From positions 1 through 8,336 of the forward strand of contig NW_021828442.1 of assembly GCF_006345805.1 (NCBI RefSeq): DNA of 8,336 bases. The letters are read 5' to 3'. The position numbers were made by a program, and so were the translations under genes. This DNA is from Octopus sinensis. Taxonomy: Eukaryota. The number at the start of each line of letters is the position of its first letter. The stretch's first letter is position 1. Positions 7,545 through 8,336 of this stretch are shown one piece after another. Under the pieces are notes generated by a model. The model searched no databases and had not been told where the DNA came from. It saw nothing but the letters and a program-made list of their open reading frames with translations.

Positions 7545-7760
7545 TACGTGGGGTTGCTGAAAGTTGCTGGCTTTAAGGGTGTTGCGATTGGCCAAGTTCG
7601 AGGCCCAGCCCTGCAAGTTCTTTTACGAGGCTTAGAAAAACTGAAGGGCTGCTGCAATAAGTGTGTGAATCTGAGAGGGGAATATGTTGAATAAAATCGT
7701 AACTGATCCTCCTATATTTTCTGTTACTCAAACTCAAGAACTTTTCAGCAACCTCTCGTA
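7545..7760 (+). mobile_element. Mariner-derived MITE copy B, intact (212 bp between TA TSDs)
   Basis: TA-cgtggggttgctgaaa at the left and ttttcagcaacctctcg-TA at the right. 7629-7694 reads GLEKLKGCCNKCVNLRGEYVE*, resembling a Himar1/irritans-type transposase C-terminus. Confidence 0.9.
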
Positions 7761-8336
7761 TTTGTATACATATAAATATACATAAATTCAAAGTATAAGG
7801 CGGGAAAATATACTTTGAAAGTATTTATTTATTACGTCTTTACACGTGTTTCAGCGACAACCATCAAATGAATACGCAATCATATATCAAGTGTCCCGTC
7901 AGGGTAAATGTCATGGGAATGGAAGAAAGTTAAGTACGATTACACATTTATAATAGTCCAGATATTAGAAAGTAAATTATATCGGGTTCATTTCATGTAA
8001 CATAGGATGGTGCTTGATAATAGATTGCAAAAGAGTGTATTTACGTAATCATGCGATTTTCATTGAAAATATCAAAACATAAGAAGTTATGATTAAATAA
8101 TTTCAAATTATATTCTTCAGTGTTTATATCCATACTCTGTGACCCTTACAGCCTGCAAACCAGTGACATGAAATTTTACTATAAAAACACGAAATTTGTC
8201 GCCAGGCATCAGTTTCGGAGTTTAATAGAACATACTGTGTTTCAATTCAATGGTTATATTCCGTGCAGTTTTCTTAAGCAGTTTACAAAGAGCATTCATA
8301 GATATATATGGATATGTATTTTTACACACACACACA

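Noticed and set aside
8168-8336. Open frame MKFYYKNTKFVARHQF... running to the window edge
   Set aside because: It has no recognisable homology, runs into a (CA)n repeat, and its length is within chance.

Overview
This is eukaryotic, repeat-dense genomic DNA. I recall the repeat families from octopus (cephalopod) genomes, so the species call is inference and not a database result. No complete protein-coding gene is present. Nearly all ORF-track entries are artefacts of microsatellites or SINEs. The window holds tRNA/CORE-type SINEs, 5'-truncated RTE and CR1 LINE ends, piggyBac-like and mariner-derived MITEs, an internally deleted mariner, and long compound microsatellites. Two structures stand out. 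First, a candidate 84-bp host exon (1445-1528) is preceded by two partial duplicates that lack exactly the 30 nt ending in its splice acceptor. Second, a three-level nested insertion (MITE > mariner > CR1) spans 6511-7488. I see no convincing evidence of a new multi-gene system.
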